This document shows positions 48,414-57,097 of a stretch of DNA of 64,000 bases, one piece after another. The stretch lies in NCBI GenBank assembly GCA_902520495.1, contig CABYNW010000002.1:610-64609 (forward strand), written 5' to 3'. The position numbers were made by a program, and so were the translations under genes. The first letter of the stretch is position 1. Each line of letters starts with the position of its first letter. This stretch comes from an uncultured SAR86 cluster bacterium (lineage in GTDB: Bacteria; Pseudomonadota; Gammaproteobacteria; Magnimaribacterales; D2472). Below the pieces are notes generated by a model. That model was not told where the DNA came from. It did not search any database and worked only from the letters and a program-made list of their open reading frames with translations.

Positions 48414-50201
48414 ATGAAGAATATTAGAAATTTCTCAGTTATAGCTCATATCGATCATGGTAAATCTACTTTATCTGATAGATTGATTGAGTTTTGCGGG
48501 GGGCTATCTTCACGAGAGATGGCTAACCAAATACTTGATTCAATGGATATTGAAAGAGAAAGAGGAATTACCATTAAGGCTCAGGCCGTATCATTAAATT
48601 ATAAAAAAGATGGTGAAGAGTACCTTTTAAATTTTATTGATACACCAGGACATGTTGATTTTTCATATGAAGTCTCTAGATCATTATCGGCATGTGAGGG
48701 AGCCTTATTAGTGGTTGATGGATCTCAAGGGGTTGAAGCACAGACCTTAGCAAATTGTTATACAGCAGTTGAGGAGGGTCTTGAGGTACTACCTGTTATC
48801 AATAAAATTGACTTACCCCAATCCGAACCAGATAGAGTTAAATTAGAAATAGAAGAAATGGTTGGCATCAATGCAACAGAAGCTCCTCTTGTAAGCGCAA
48901 AAACAGGAGAAGGTGTTGAAAATTTGCTAGATCAATTAGTTTTGAACATACCTAGCCCAACAGGTGATCCAAATTCAAGCCTTCAAGCTTTAATTATAGA
49001 TTCATGGTTTGATTCTTATTTAGGAGTGGTCTCTCTTATAAGAATAAAAAATGGAACTATTAAATCAGGGCAAAAGTTTCAAATACATTCCACTGGCCAA
49101 ACTCATACAGTTGATGATATTGGCATATTTTCACCAAAAAAGATTTCTAAAGATAAATTATCTGCGGGTGAAGTTGGTTATTTAGTTGCTGGTATTAAAG
49201 ATATAAAAGGAGCTCCAGTTGGCGATACTGTTATCGAATCAAATGATCAGAATACACAAGCATTAGATGGTTTTAAAAAAGTAAATCCTAAGGTGTTTGC
49301 TTCAATATTTACACTTAATTCTGATGACTATGAAAAATTTAGAGATGCGCTATCAAAACTTGTACTTAACGATTCATCATTAATTTATGAACCAGAAGTA
49401 TCAGATGCCCTAGGATTTGGTTTTAGGTGCGGATTTTTAGGAACACTGCATATGGAAGTTGTAAGGGAAAGATTAGAGAGAGAGTATGACCTAGATTTAA
49501 TTTCTACCGCGCCATCAGTGGAATATGAGATTCTAAAGACTGATGGAACAGTTATAAAATGTGACAATCCATCACAACTACCATCACCAAATGAAATTGA
49601 AGAGATGCGCGAACCTGTTGTTAATACAACAATAATTTCTCCAAATGAATATATCGGTAACATTATCACTTTATGTACCTCTAAAAGAGGGGTTCAAAAA
49701 GATATGAAATACTTTGGCAATCAAGTTTCAATAATTTTTCAGATGCCTCTATCCTCAGTAATTATTGATTTCTTTGATCAAATCAAATCATCAACAAAAG
49801 GTTTTGCTTCAATAGAATATTCCTTGATAGGTTTTGAAAAATCAGATCTAACAAAAATAGATGTTCTTATTAATAACAATAAGATTGATGCTCTTTCTAT
49901 GATCGTGCACAAATCGTTTTCAACATCAAAAGCTAGAGAAATTGCAAAAAATTTACAAAAACTAATTCCAAGGCAAATGTTTGATGTACCAATACAGGTA
50001 GCTCTTGGTGCTAAAATTATTTCCAGAGAGACTGTAAAAGCTTATAGAAAAAATGTTACAGCAAAACTTTACGGTGGTGACGTAACTAGAAAAATGAAAT
50101 TATTAGAAAAACAAAAACAAGGCAAAAAGAAAATGAAACAATTGGGCAAAGTTTCTATACCGCAAGATGCTTTTTTAAATTACTTTAGCTCAAAGGAATA
50201 A
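48414..50201 (+). CDS. lepA: Elongation factor 4 (LepA)
   Basis: It has the GTPase motifs ([20 protein letters not shown]) and a LepA-specific C-terminal domain. It is followed by lepB. Confidence 0.97.
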   Translation: MKNIRNFSVIAHIDHGKSTLSDRLIEFCGGLSSREMANQILDSMDIERERGITIKAQAVSLNYKKDGEEYLLNFIDTPGHVDFSYEVSRSLSACEGALLVVDGSQGVEAQTLANCYTAVEEGLEVLPVINKIDLPQSEPDRVKLEIEEMVGINATEAPLVSAKTGEGVENLLDQLVLNIPSPTGDPNSSLQALIIDSWFDSYLGVVSLIRIKNGTIKSGQKFQIHSTGQTHTVDDIGIFSPKKISKDKLSAGEVGYLVAGIKDIKGAPVGDTVIESNDQNTQALDGFKKVNPKVFASIFTLNSDDYEKFRDALSKLVLNDSSLIYEPEVSDALGFGFRCGFLGTLHMEVVRERLEREYDLDLISTAPSVEYEILKTDGTVIKCDNPSQLPSPNEIEEMREPVVNTTIISPNEYIGNIITLCTSKRGVQKDMKYFGNQVSIIFQMPLSSVIIDFFDQIKSSTKGFASIEYSLIGFEKSDLTKIDVLINNNKIDALSMIVHKSFSTSKAREIAKNLQKLIPRQMFDVPIQVALGAKIISRETVKAYRKNVTAKLYGGDVTRKMKLLEKQKQGKKKMKQLGKVSIPQDAFLNYFSSKE

Positions 50202-50202
50202 T

Positions 50203-51147
50203 ATGATAACCGACCCATTATTTTTAATTGGATTTATTGGAATGGCTTTATGCCTGTTTGCCTGGATTAAATTCAATATAGTAAAGCCAACAGAGGCTTT
50301 TATAATTAAGTACATATCAACAATTAGTTTTATATCTGGTATAGCAATACTATTAAGTATTTTTAATAACTCAGGAGACTTGGGTATAGTTTTGTTAGCA
50401 GGGTCTATTGTTGCTTTTATAGTCATGATCTCAGGCTATCTTTTTAAAAACACCGAAATAATATCAACATCAAGAGGGTACCTAATCCCAATTTTTTTAA
50501 TATTTGTATTAAGAACTTTTTTATATGAACCATACCAAATACCGTCAGGCTCTATGGAACCTCAATTGAAAAAAGGGGATTTTCTTTTAGTCAATAAATT
50601 TGCATATGGTATTAAGGTAAAGAGGATTGGAATACCTAAATTGTATAGAACTGATCCACAATATGGGGATCCTGTTGTAATAATTCCACCTCATAATCCC
50701 GTTCCTTATATCAAGCGTTTAATAGGTAAACCTGGAGATGTTGTAAGAATTATAAATAAACAAGTATATATAAATGGGAAACTATTAAAGAGATCCTTTA
50801 TAGAAACTGAAGAAGTGGTTTTAAAGAAAAGATATGTCTACAGCTCAGGAAAAAGTGTTGTTACAGAAATTGATGCAATAGGTGATTTATATTCTGAGCA
50901 ACATGACAAATCAGAGTATGTAATAAGATATACTAGAGAAGAAAATGAACAGTTTCCTCAAGAATGGACTGTTCCTGAAGGTCATTATTTTGTAATGGGT
51001 GATAATCGAGATAATTCTAATGACAGCACAAAAGATGTTGGCTTTGTTCCAAGAGAAAACTTTTTTGGAAGAGCAGATTATTTATGGATGACTTGGGAGT
51101 GCTGGACTTGTATTCCAACATTTAAAAAAGTTGGAAAAATTAAGTGA
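50203..51147 (+). CDS. lepB: Signal peptidase I
   Basis: It has N-terminal TM segments, the catalytic Ser block (PSGSMEP), the Lys block (YIKRLIG) and the GDNRDNSNDS block. Confidence 0.9.
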   Translation: MITDPLFLIGFIGMALCLFAWIKFNIVKPTEAFIIKYISTISFISGIAILLSIFNNSGDLGIVLLAGSIVAFIVMISGYLFKNTEIISTSRGYLIPIFLIFVLRTFLYEPYQIPSGSMEPQLKKGDFLLVNKFAYGIKVKRIGIPKLYRTDPQYGDPVVIIPPHNPVPYIKRLIGKPGDVVRIINKQVYINGKLLKRSFIETEEVVLKKRYVYSSGKSVVTEIDAIGDLYSEQHDKSEYVIRYTREENEQFPQEWTVPEGHYFVMGDNRDNSNDSTKDVGFVPRENFFGRADYLWMTWECWTCIPTFKKVGKIK

Positions 51148-51806
51148 TGCATATTAAGGAACTTGAAGAAAAACTTGGATATGATTTTGAGAACCTAGAT
51201 TTATTAGAGTTAGCATTAATACATAAAAGTTCAAACAATACCTTAAATAATGAAAGACTTGAGTTCTTAGGTGATGCAGTTTTGAATTCAATTATCTCTC
51301 AATATCTTTTTTTAAAATTTCCAAATGAAAAAGAAGGACTATTAACTCGAATGCGATCGCATCTAGTAAAAGGGGAAACATTAACAAAAAAAGCTATTGA
51401 AATAGGCATTATTGAATTTATCAAGCTTTCAAAAGGTACAGCAAAACTTTCAGAAAACAGAAAACATTCAATTTTAGAGGGATCGATAGAATCCATCATT
51501 GGAGCTGTATTTCTCGATAGCAATTGGAAGCGAGCAGAAGCTTTTATCTTAAATCTTTTTAAACAAGAGTTATCTTCAATAGGCATTGATCAAGAATTCA
51601 GAGATGCAAAAACTGAATTACAAGAATTGCTTCAATCAAAAAAGCTAGAGCTACCTAAATACGATACTAGTGAATCAAAAGCCGGTTTTGATTGTGAGAT
51701 ATTCATTGATGGCAAAAGATTTATAGGATCTGGTAATTCCAAAAGATATTCAGAGATTGCTGTTGCACAAGAAGCCTTAAACTATCTTAAGGATAAAAAT
51801 GCATAA
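51147..51806 (+). CDS. rnc: Ribonuclease III
   Basis: It has the ERLEFLGDAV signature and a dsRBD tail. I prefer ATG 51147 over the track's GTG 51144. Confidence 0.93.
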   Translation: MHIKELEEKLGYDFENLDLLELALIHKSSNNTLNNERLEFLGDAVLNSIISQYLFLKFPNEKEGLLTRMRSHLVKGETLTKKAIEIGIIEFIKLSKGTAKLSENRKHSILEGSIESIIGAVFLDSNWKRAEAFILNLFKQELSSIGIDQEFRDAKTELQELLQSKKLELPKYDTSESKAGFDCEIFIDGKRFIGSGNSKRYSEIAVAQEALNYLKDKNA

Positions 51807-52707
51807 GCAATATTGTGGCTATGTTTCAATAATAGGGAAACCTAATGTTGGTAAGTCCACTCTAATCAATACAATGCTTGATAAAAAAATATCAATAACC
51901 TCAAGAAAATCGCAAACGACTAGAAATAATATTCTTGGTATTAGAACAATTAAAAATAAACAGATTATTTTTATAGACACACCTGGCATGCATATCAAAT
52001 CTCAGAAAACCATGAATAAAGTTTTAAATAAATCTGCTCAAGGAATAATCGATGATTCAGATATTATCTTATTTGTTTTACAAAGATTAACTTTAGGTGA
52101 TGAAGATAAGCTGATTTTAGAAAAATTAACTGAAGTCAATCCAAAAACTATTTGCGTAATAAACAAAATTGATCAGGTTGAAGATAAAAATAAGCTACTT
52201 CCTTTTATTGAAAAACTCAATGAAGAATATACATTTGAGGAAATCCATATGATTTCTGCAAAAAATAATGATGGCGTTGGCAATTTAATTACCGCTATTG
52301 AAAAGTATCTTCCTGAAAATAATCATATATATGATGACAATTTTAAACTTTATGCCAAAAACGATTCTTTCATGTTTTCAGAATTAATTAGAGAAAAAAT
52401 TATAAGAAAACTTGGAGATGAGTTGCCTCATGACACTTTTGTTGAAATTGATTTAATTAAAGAAAAAAAAGATATTATAGAAATACATGCAATTATTTAT
52501 GTAACCAGGCAGTCTCAAAAACAAATTGTCATTGGTTCTGGAGGAGAAGTTCTCAAACAAATTGGAAAACAGGCACGATTAGAGATCGAAAAATATCTAA
52601 ATAAGAAAGTTTTTTTAAAAACATGGGTAAAAGTCAAAAAAAACTGGAATACAGACTCAAGCTTTATACAAAGCTTGGGTGTTGGTGGGAATTATGAGTC
52701 AAAGTAA
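51799..52707 (+). CDS. era: GTPase Era
   Basis: It has the G1 motif GKPNVGKST, the DTPG and NKID motifs, and a C-terminal KH domain (IVIGSGGEVLKQIG). Confidence 0.95.
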   Translation: MHKQYCGYVSIIGKPNVGKSTLINTMLDKKISITSRKSQTTRNNILGIRTIKNKQIIFIDTPGMHIKSQKTMNKVLNKSAQGIIDDSDIILFVLQRLTLGDEDKLILEKLTEVNPKTICVINKIDQVEDKNKLLPFIEKLNEEYTFEEIHMISAKNNDGVGNLITAIEKYLPENNHIYDDNFKLYAKNDSFMFSELIREKIIRKLGDELPHDTFVEIDLIKEKKDIIEIHAIIYVTRQSQKQIVIGSGGEVLKQIGKQARLEIEKYLNKKVFLKTWVKVKKNWNTDSSFIQSLGVGGNYESK

Positions 52708-53389
52708 ATCAGATGAGTGTTTTCTTCTTCATCAAAGATCATATGGAGAAACAAGCTTAATCGCAGATGTATTCACTAAGAATAATGGCAAAATGTCTTT
52801 AATTGCAAAAGGTGCAAAAAAACCTAAATCAAAGTTCTTTGGTTACTTAGTCCCATTTAATAAATTAAATATATCCTATTCAGGCAGATCTGAGTTAAAG
52901 ACTTTAACAAGTATAGATAGGAATCTTGCAAAATCTGGAAACACTTTGACAAAAACTACTTATAGCTTACTTTACATAAACGAACTTCTGATAAAACTTC
53001 TTCCAAAAGACGCAAAGCAAGAAGACTTATTTGATCTATACGAAATTTTTATTAATAAAGTTAGTTCAAATGCAGATCTTGAAATCACCTTAAGACACTT
53101 TGAATTAGATCTTCTCGATATGCTTGGTTATGGTTTTGATTATAATGCAGATATAGACAAAAACGATTCAATAGAACCCAACCAAGGCTATTCATTTGTT
53201 GCAGAAAAAGGTTTTAGAAAATCAGATCGTTCTGATTTTTTAGGAAAAGATATTATTAATATCAAAAATAGAGAACTCGACAAAGTATCAAAAAAATATC
53301 TTAAACAAATAACTACAAAAGCAATAAGTATTTGTATGGATGGAAAAGATCTAACAAGTAGAAAGATTTTTAAAACAATTAAGCAATGA
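52694..53389 (+). CDS. recO: DNA repair protein RecO
   Basis: ATG 52694 (MSQSKSDECFLLHQRSYGETS) matches the usual RecO N-terminal OB-fold start. It sits in the rnc-era-recO position. Confidence 0.8.
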   Translation: MSQSKSDECFLLHQRSYGETSLIADVFTKNNGKMSLIAKGAKKPKSKFFGYLVPFNKLNISYSGRSELKTLTSIDRNLAKSGNTLTKTTYSLLYINELLIKLLPKDAKQEDLFDLYEIFINKVSSNADLEITLRHFELDLLDMLGYGFDYNADIDKNDSIEPNQGYSFVAEKGFRKSDRSDFLGKDIINIKNRELDKVSKKYLKQITTKAISICMDGKDLTSRKIFKTIKQ

Positions 53390-53766
53390 TATTTGGAATT
53401 GGCACAGACATAGTAGATGTTAATCGAATTAAGAATTTAGATTCATTAGATGATTTTGTAAAAAAAATACTATCAAGTAATGAAAAAAAATATTTCGAAA
53501 ATCTAAAAGATATTCATAAAGTTAGTTATGTTGCAAAGCAATTTGCTGGAAAAGAATCTGTTGCAAAAGCATTTGGAACTGGCATTACCGGAGATATTAA
53601 ATTTAGTGAAATTCAAATTTTAAGAAATAAGATTGGAAAACCATACCTAGAGCCTATTGGCAGTTTTAAAGATCACATAGATGATTTGGGTATTATCAAA
53701 ACACATGTTAGTCTTTCAGACGAAAAAGAATATGCAATTGGTTTTGCTATATTAGAAAAAAAATGA
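53386..53766 (+). CDS. acpS: Holo-[acyl-carrier-protein] synthase
   Basis: It has the GIGTDIV start and the KESVAKAFGTG block, and is 126 aa long. Confidence 0.9.
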   Translation: MIFGIGTDIVDVNRIKNLDSLDDFVKKILSSNEKKYFENLKDIHKVSYVAKQFAGKESVAKAFGTGITGDIKFSEIQILRNKIGKPYLEPIGSFKDHIDDLGIIKTHVSLSDEKEYAIGFAILEKK

Positions 53767-54407
53767 AGAATATAATTTTATTAGGGCCACCAGGAGCAGG
53801 AAAAGGTACTCAAGCTGACCTTATATGTAAACTCTGCACAATACCAAAAATTAGTACAGGAGATATGCTGAGAGAGGCAGTTGCCTCTAAGAGCGGTTTA
53901 GGATTAAAGGTATCAAACATTCTTGATAGTGGTGGCTTGGTGTCAGATGATATCATCGGGTCTTTAATAAAAGATAGACTCACCAAACCTGACTGTCAAA
54001 ATGGATCTTTATTCGACGGAGTCCCTAGAACTCTTGGTCAGGCAGAACAATTAGCTGAAATGAAAATAGATTTTACCCATGTAATTGAAATCCACGTTGA
54101 AGATCAAATTATTGTTGATAGAATGTCTGGAAGAAGAGTACATCCGAGTTCAGGAAGAAATTATCATATTGAATTTAATCCTCCAGAGAAAGAAGGTTTT
54201 GATAACGAGACAGGCGATCCACTTATTCAAAGAGAAGATGATAGACCCGAAACGGTTTTAAAAAGATTAAATGTATACCATGAACAGACTAAACCATTAA
54301 CAGACTTTTATAAAAATCTTTCAAATATTGGAACTTTAAAATTTTTTAAAGTTGATGGTTCAAAGTCTGTTGATAAGGTTTTTGAACAAATCTCAAATCA
54401 AATATAA
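53763..54407 (+). CDS. adk: Adenylate kinase
   Basis: It has the P-loop GPPGAGKGTQ and the blocks ISTGDMLR and GRRVHPSSGRNYH (a Gram-negative, non-zinc lid). Confidence 0.95.
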   Translation: MKNIILLGPPGAGKGTQADLICKLCTIPKISTGDMLREAVASKSGLGLKVSNILDSGGLVSDDIIGSLIKDRLTKPDCQNGSLFDGVPRTLGQAEQLAEMKIDFTHVIEIHVEDQIIVDRMSGRRVHPSSGRNYHIEFNPPEKEGFDNETGDPLIQREDDRPETVLKRLNVYHEQTKPLTDFYKNLSNIGTLKFFKVDGSKSVDKVFEQISNQI

Positions 54408-54410
54408 ATC

Positions 54411-54836
54411 ATGAACATCCTAGCTATCAAAAGTTCAGGAGACCATACATCTATAAGCGTAATATTTAATGAAGAAATAAATACATTTTCAATAAGTCAT
54501 GAAAGAAAGGAGAGACCAGACTGGAACTTATTTTTATCAAATATTGGTCATAAAAAAACTTTTAATCTTAAAGATATAGATTTATTTGCCTTTGCAAATT
54601 CTCAGCATTCTTATACAGCTACTAGAACTGTAGCTTCTTACATAAAAGGAATAGCTGTAGCCTTGAATAAGCCATTAATTGTAATCAATGATAAGGAGGG
54701 CGTCTTTGAGGCAGATCAGGTAGCTAAAGAAGCTAAAGAAAATTTTGTTGCTTCGCGTTCAGATCATAAAAAATTTGATCCAAATCTTGCTAACCCAACA
54801 TACGATGAAACCAACTTTAAGAAATTAGATGAATGA
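54411..54836 (+). CDS. TsaB (YeaZ)-like protein, apparently internally shortened (141 aa)
   Basis: The N-terminal roughly 95 aa are collinear with TsaB (MNILAIKSSGDHTSISV...LFAFANSQHSYTATRTVASYIKGIAVALNKPLIVI). The C-terminal tail NPTYDETNFKKL resembles the TsaB end. The middle subdomain is absent. Confidence 0.5.
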   Translation: MNILAIKSSGDHTSISVIFNEEINTFSISHERKERPDWNLFLSNIGHKKTFNLKDIDLFAFANSQHSYTATRTVASYIKGIAVALNKPLIVINDKEGVFEADQVAKEAKENFVASRSDHKKFDPNLANPTYDETNFKKLDE

Positions 54837-55620
54837 TCTAATTTTAAGCATGCTTCTTGGCTTGCTTCAGGGCCTTACAGAATTTTTACCAATCTCAAGC
54901 TCTGCCCATTTACTTTTTCCAAATTTAATTTTTGGCTCTAATGATTTAGGACTTTCATTTGACATAGCAGTTCATGCTGGAACTCTTGTAGCAGTAATAT
55001 ATTTCTTTAGATCAGAAATTATACTTATGATGAGATCTTTTTTTATCAATGAAAGTAGTTTATCTAAACATAAGCAATTAGCCTTATATTTATTTATAGC
55101 AACTCTTCCAGTAGTATTTGCCGGATTTACATTTTCAGATTTGTTAGAGCAAAGAATTTTTAGCATCTCACATATAGCAATCGCAAATTTATTCTTTGCA
55201 TTCATACTTTTGGTTGCCTTTGTTAAAAGAAAAGCAAATAAAAATCTATTTCAAATCACTATCTTTGGAGCTTTAATAATTGGTTTATTTCAATCTTTTG
55301 CTTTAATACCAGGAGCATCTCGTTCAGGCACTGCAATAACAGCAGCATTATTAATCGGTATGAATATTAAAGATGCATCAAAATTTTCTTTTATGTTGAG
55401 CATACCTACAATAATAGGTGCTCTGGCACTGCTTCTCATAGAGATTCAAACTATAAATATTGATTACAACCTTATTCAATTAATAATTGGCTTTGTTGTT
55501 TCAATGATTTTTGCATTTTTTACAATTAAACTATTTTTGGAATTTGTTGAAAGAATAGGAATGGTTCCATTTGTTATTTATAGAATAATTTTAGGTTTAT
55601 TCTTACTATTAATAGTATAA
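54829..55620 (+). CDS. uppP: Undecaprenyl-diphosphate phosphatase
   Basis: It has the GLTEFLPISSSAHL and PGASRSG motifs and is a polytopic 263-aa protein. Confidence 0.9.
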   Translation: MNDLILSMLLGLLQGLTEFLPISSSAHLLFPNLIFGSNDLGLSFDIAVHAGTLVAVIYFFRSEIILMMRSFFINESSLSKHKQLALYLFIATLPVVFAGFTFSDLLEQRIFSISHIAIANLFFAFILLVAFVKRKANKNLFQITIFGALIIGLFQSFALIPGASRSGTAITAALLIGMNIKDASKFSFMLSIPTIIGALALLLIEIQTINIDYNLIQLIIGFVVSMIFAFFTIKLFLEFVERIGMVPFVIYRIILGLFLLLIV

Positions 55621-56352
55621 ATGCGGGCATATGTTGAGAAGGCTTTTTTAGATAACAATATTGAAAGAATTTCTAATAAATATGGTTTAGAAATAGTCGA
55701 TATGGCCCCAACCTCTAAATATTATTTCACCTACGATAAAAATGGCCTTTCATTCATTAAAGATTCTCAAAATCCAAAAGAGGTATTAAATGTAAATTTT
55801 TTAAAAGGTAAGTTAGGCTGGAGACTCAAAAGAACAAATCATGAAAGCAATTTAAAAAAAGCATTAGGAAAATCGAAGGAACCTCTATACATATTTGATG
55901 CAACAGCAGGACTTCTTTCTGATTCAATGATTTTTGTGTCGCTAGGCCATAAGGTTTATGCTGTTGAACAAAGCAGAATAATTTATCTACTTGTTAAAGA
56001 TGGTATTAGAAGAGCTGAAGCCACAATTCCTTCTTTAAATAATTTAAAACTAATAAACGCAAATTCTATTAATGCATATAAAGAAGCAGATACCTCGTTT
56101 GATGTAATTTATTTAGATCCTATGTACCCAATATTAAAAAAAAATATAAAAAAATCTGGAGAGATTAGTGCAGTAGGATCAATATTAGAAATTGAGAATT
56201 TGATTGATGATCAGGATTTTTTAATAAAGAGTTTTATGAACGAAAGTTTTAAAAAATTAATCTTAAAAAGACCTTTAAAATCTAAAAAAATTTATAGTAA
56301 TATTAACTATCAGGTTAAAGGAAGCACAACAAGATTTGATATTTATATATGA
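55621..56352 (+). CDS. rsmJ: 16S rRNA (guanine1516-N2)-methyltransferase RsmJ
   Basis: It has a SAM-binding site (IFDATAGLLSDS), the YLDPMYP block and the C-terminal RFDIY, as in E. coli RsmJ/YhiQ. Confidence 0.8.
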   Translation: MRAYVEKAFLDNNIERISNKYGLEIVDMAPTSKYYFTYDKNGLSFIKDSQNPKEVLNVNFLKGKLGWRLKRTNHESNLKKALGKSKEPLYIFDATAGLLSDSMIFVSLGHKVYAVEQSRIIYLLVKDGIRRAEATIPSLNNLKLINANSINAYKEADTSFDVIYLDPMYPILKKNIKKSGEISAVGSILEIENLIDDQDFLIKSFMNESFKKLILKRPLKSKKIYSNINYQVKGSTTRFDIYI

Positions 56353-56389
56353 TAATGCTGCAAATAATATAGGTTTATTATCTAGTTAA

Positions 56390-56641
56390 ATGAATTTATC
56401 AGAAAGCGATATTTCAAGAATAATTGAAATGGCATGGGAAGACAGAACTCCTTTCGATGCTATTGAGGCTCAATTTAATTTATCTCATGATGATGTAGTT
56501 AATTTAATGAGAAAAAATCTTAAAAAGAAAAGCTTTAATTCATGGAGAGAAAGGGTAAGAGGAAGAAAAACCAAGCATTCTGAGTTAAGAAGTTTTAAAG
56601 TTGGCAGACATCACTCATATGACCAAAACAAGCATAAATAA
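56390..56641 (+). CDS. TIGR03643/DUF2805-like small protein
   Basis: This 83-aa protein contains IIEMAWEDRTPFDAIEAQF...VVNLMRKNLKKKSFNSWRERVRGRKTKH, which matches my recollection of that family's signature. Confidence 0.6.
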   Translation: MNLSESDISRIIEMAWEDRTPFDAIEAQFNLSHDDVVNLMRKNLKKKSFNSWRERVRGRKTKHSELRSFKVGRHHSYDQNKHK

Positions 56642-56921
56642 AGATAAAATAAAATTTCACAATCTTTATAAATCTTTTTTTTCTGAATTAAAAAACACTT
56701 CATGTGATATTTCCGATGATCAGGTAATAATCTATAAAGATTCCAACAAGGATTCAGATCCAGCCAGTGTTGAGTTAAAAATAAAAAATGATTTATATGA
56801 AGTTTATTTCTGGGATGGCTACTCCTTAGCAGATAAATTTACTTCAGCAAATTATGATAAGGCATTACTTCAGTTTAAAAAGTTTTCAAAGAAATTAGCT
56901 AAAAGCTTAAAAAGATTCTAA
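56619..56921 (+). CDS. Hypothetical protein (100 aa from ATG 56619)
   Basis: The ORF overlaps the preceding gene by 23 nt and is followed by a hairpin. No family was recognised. The start is uncertain; the track uses an upstream alternative start at 56601. Confidence 0.4.
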   Translation: MTKTSINKDKIKFHNLYKSFFSELKNTSCDISDDQVIIYKDSNKDSDPASVELKIKNDLYEVYFWDGYSLADKFTSANYDKALLQFKKFSKKLAKSLKRF

Positions 56922-56947
56922 AAATGCGGCCTTTTTAGACCGCATTT
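56922..56947 (+). terminator. Hairpin, terminator-like
   Basis: AAATGCGG (56922-56929) pairs with CCGCATTT (56940-56947) across a 10-nt loop, immediately after the stop at 56919-56921. The T-tract is weak. Confidence 0.45.
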
Positions 56948-57097
56948 ATATACTTTAAATAAGTGCGCAGTTATTTAATATGAGTCGTTTCCTCCACTAT
57001 CTTTAGCATAATGAGATTTTGGTTTGAACTTCATGTCATCAGTTGCATTTTCAGCACCATGATATCCTTGTGATCCTGGCATATAATCAGAATTCAT

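Noticed and set aside
56977-56990. Possible att-type direct repeat of the tRNA-Leu 3' end at the far side of the orphan patch
   Set aside because: Only a 7-mer (TGAGTCG) is shared with the tRNA. That is expected by chance several times in 64 kb, and no integrase is present.
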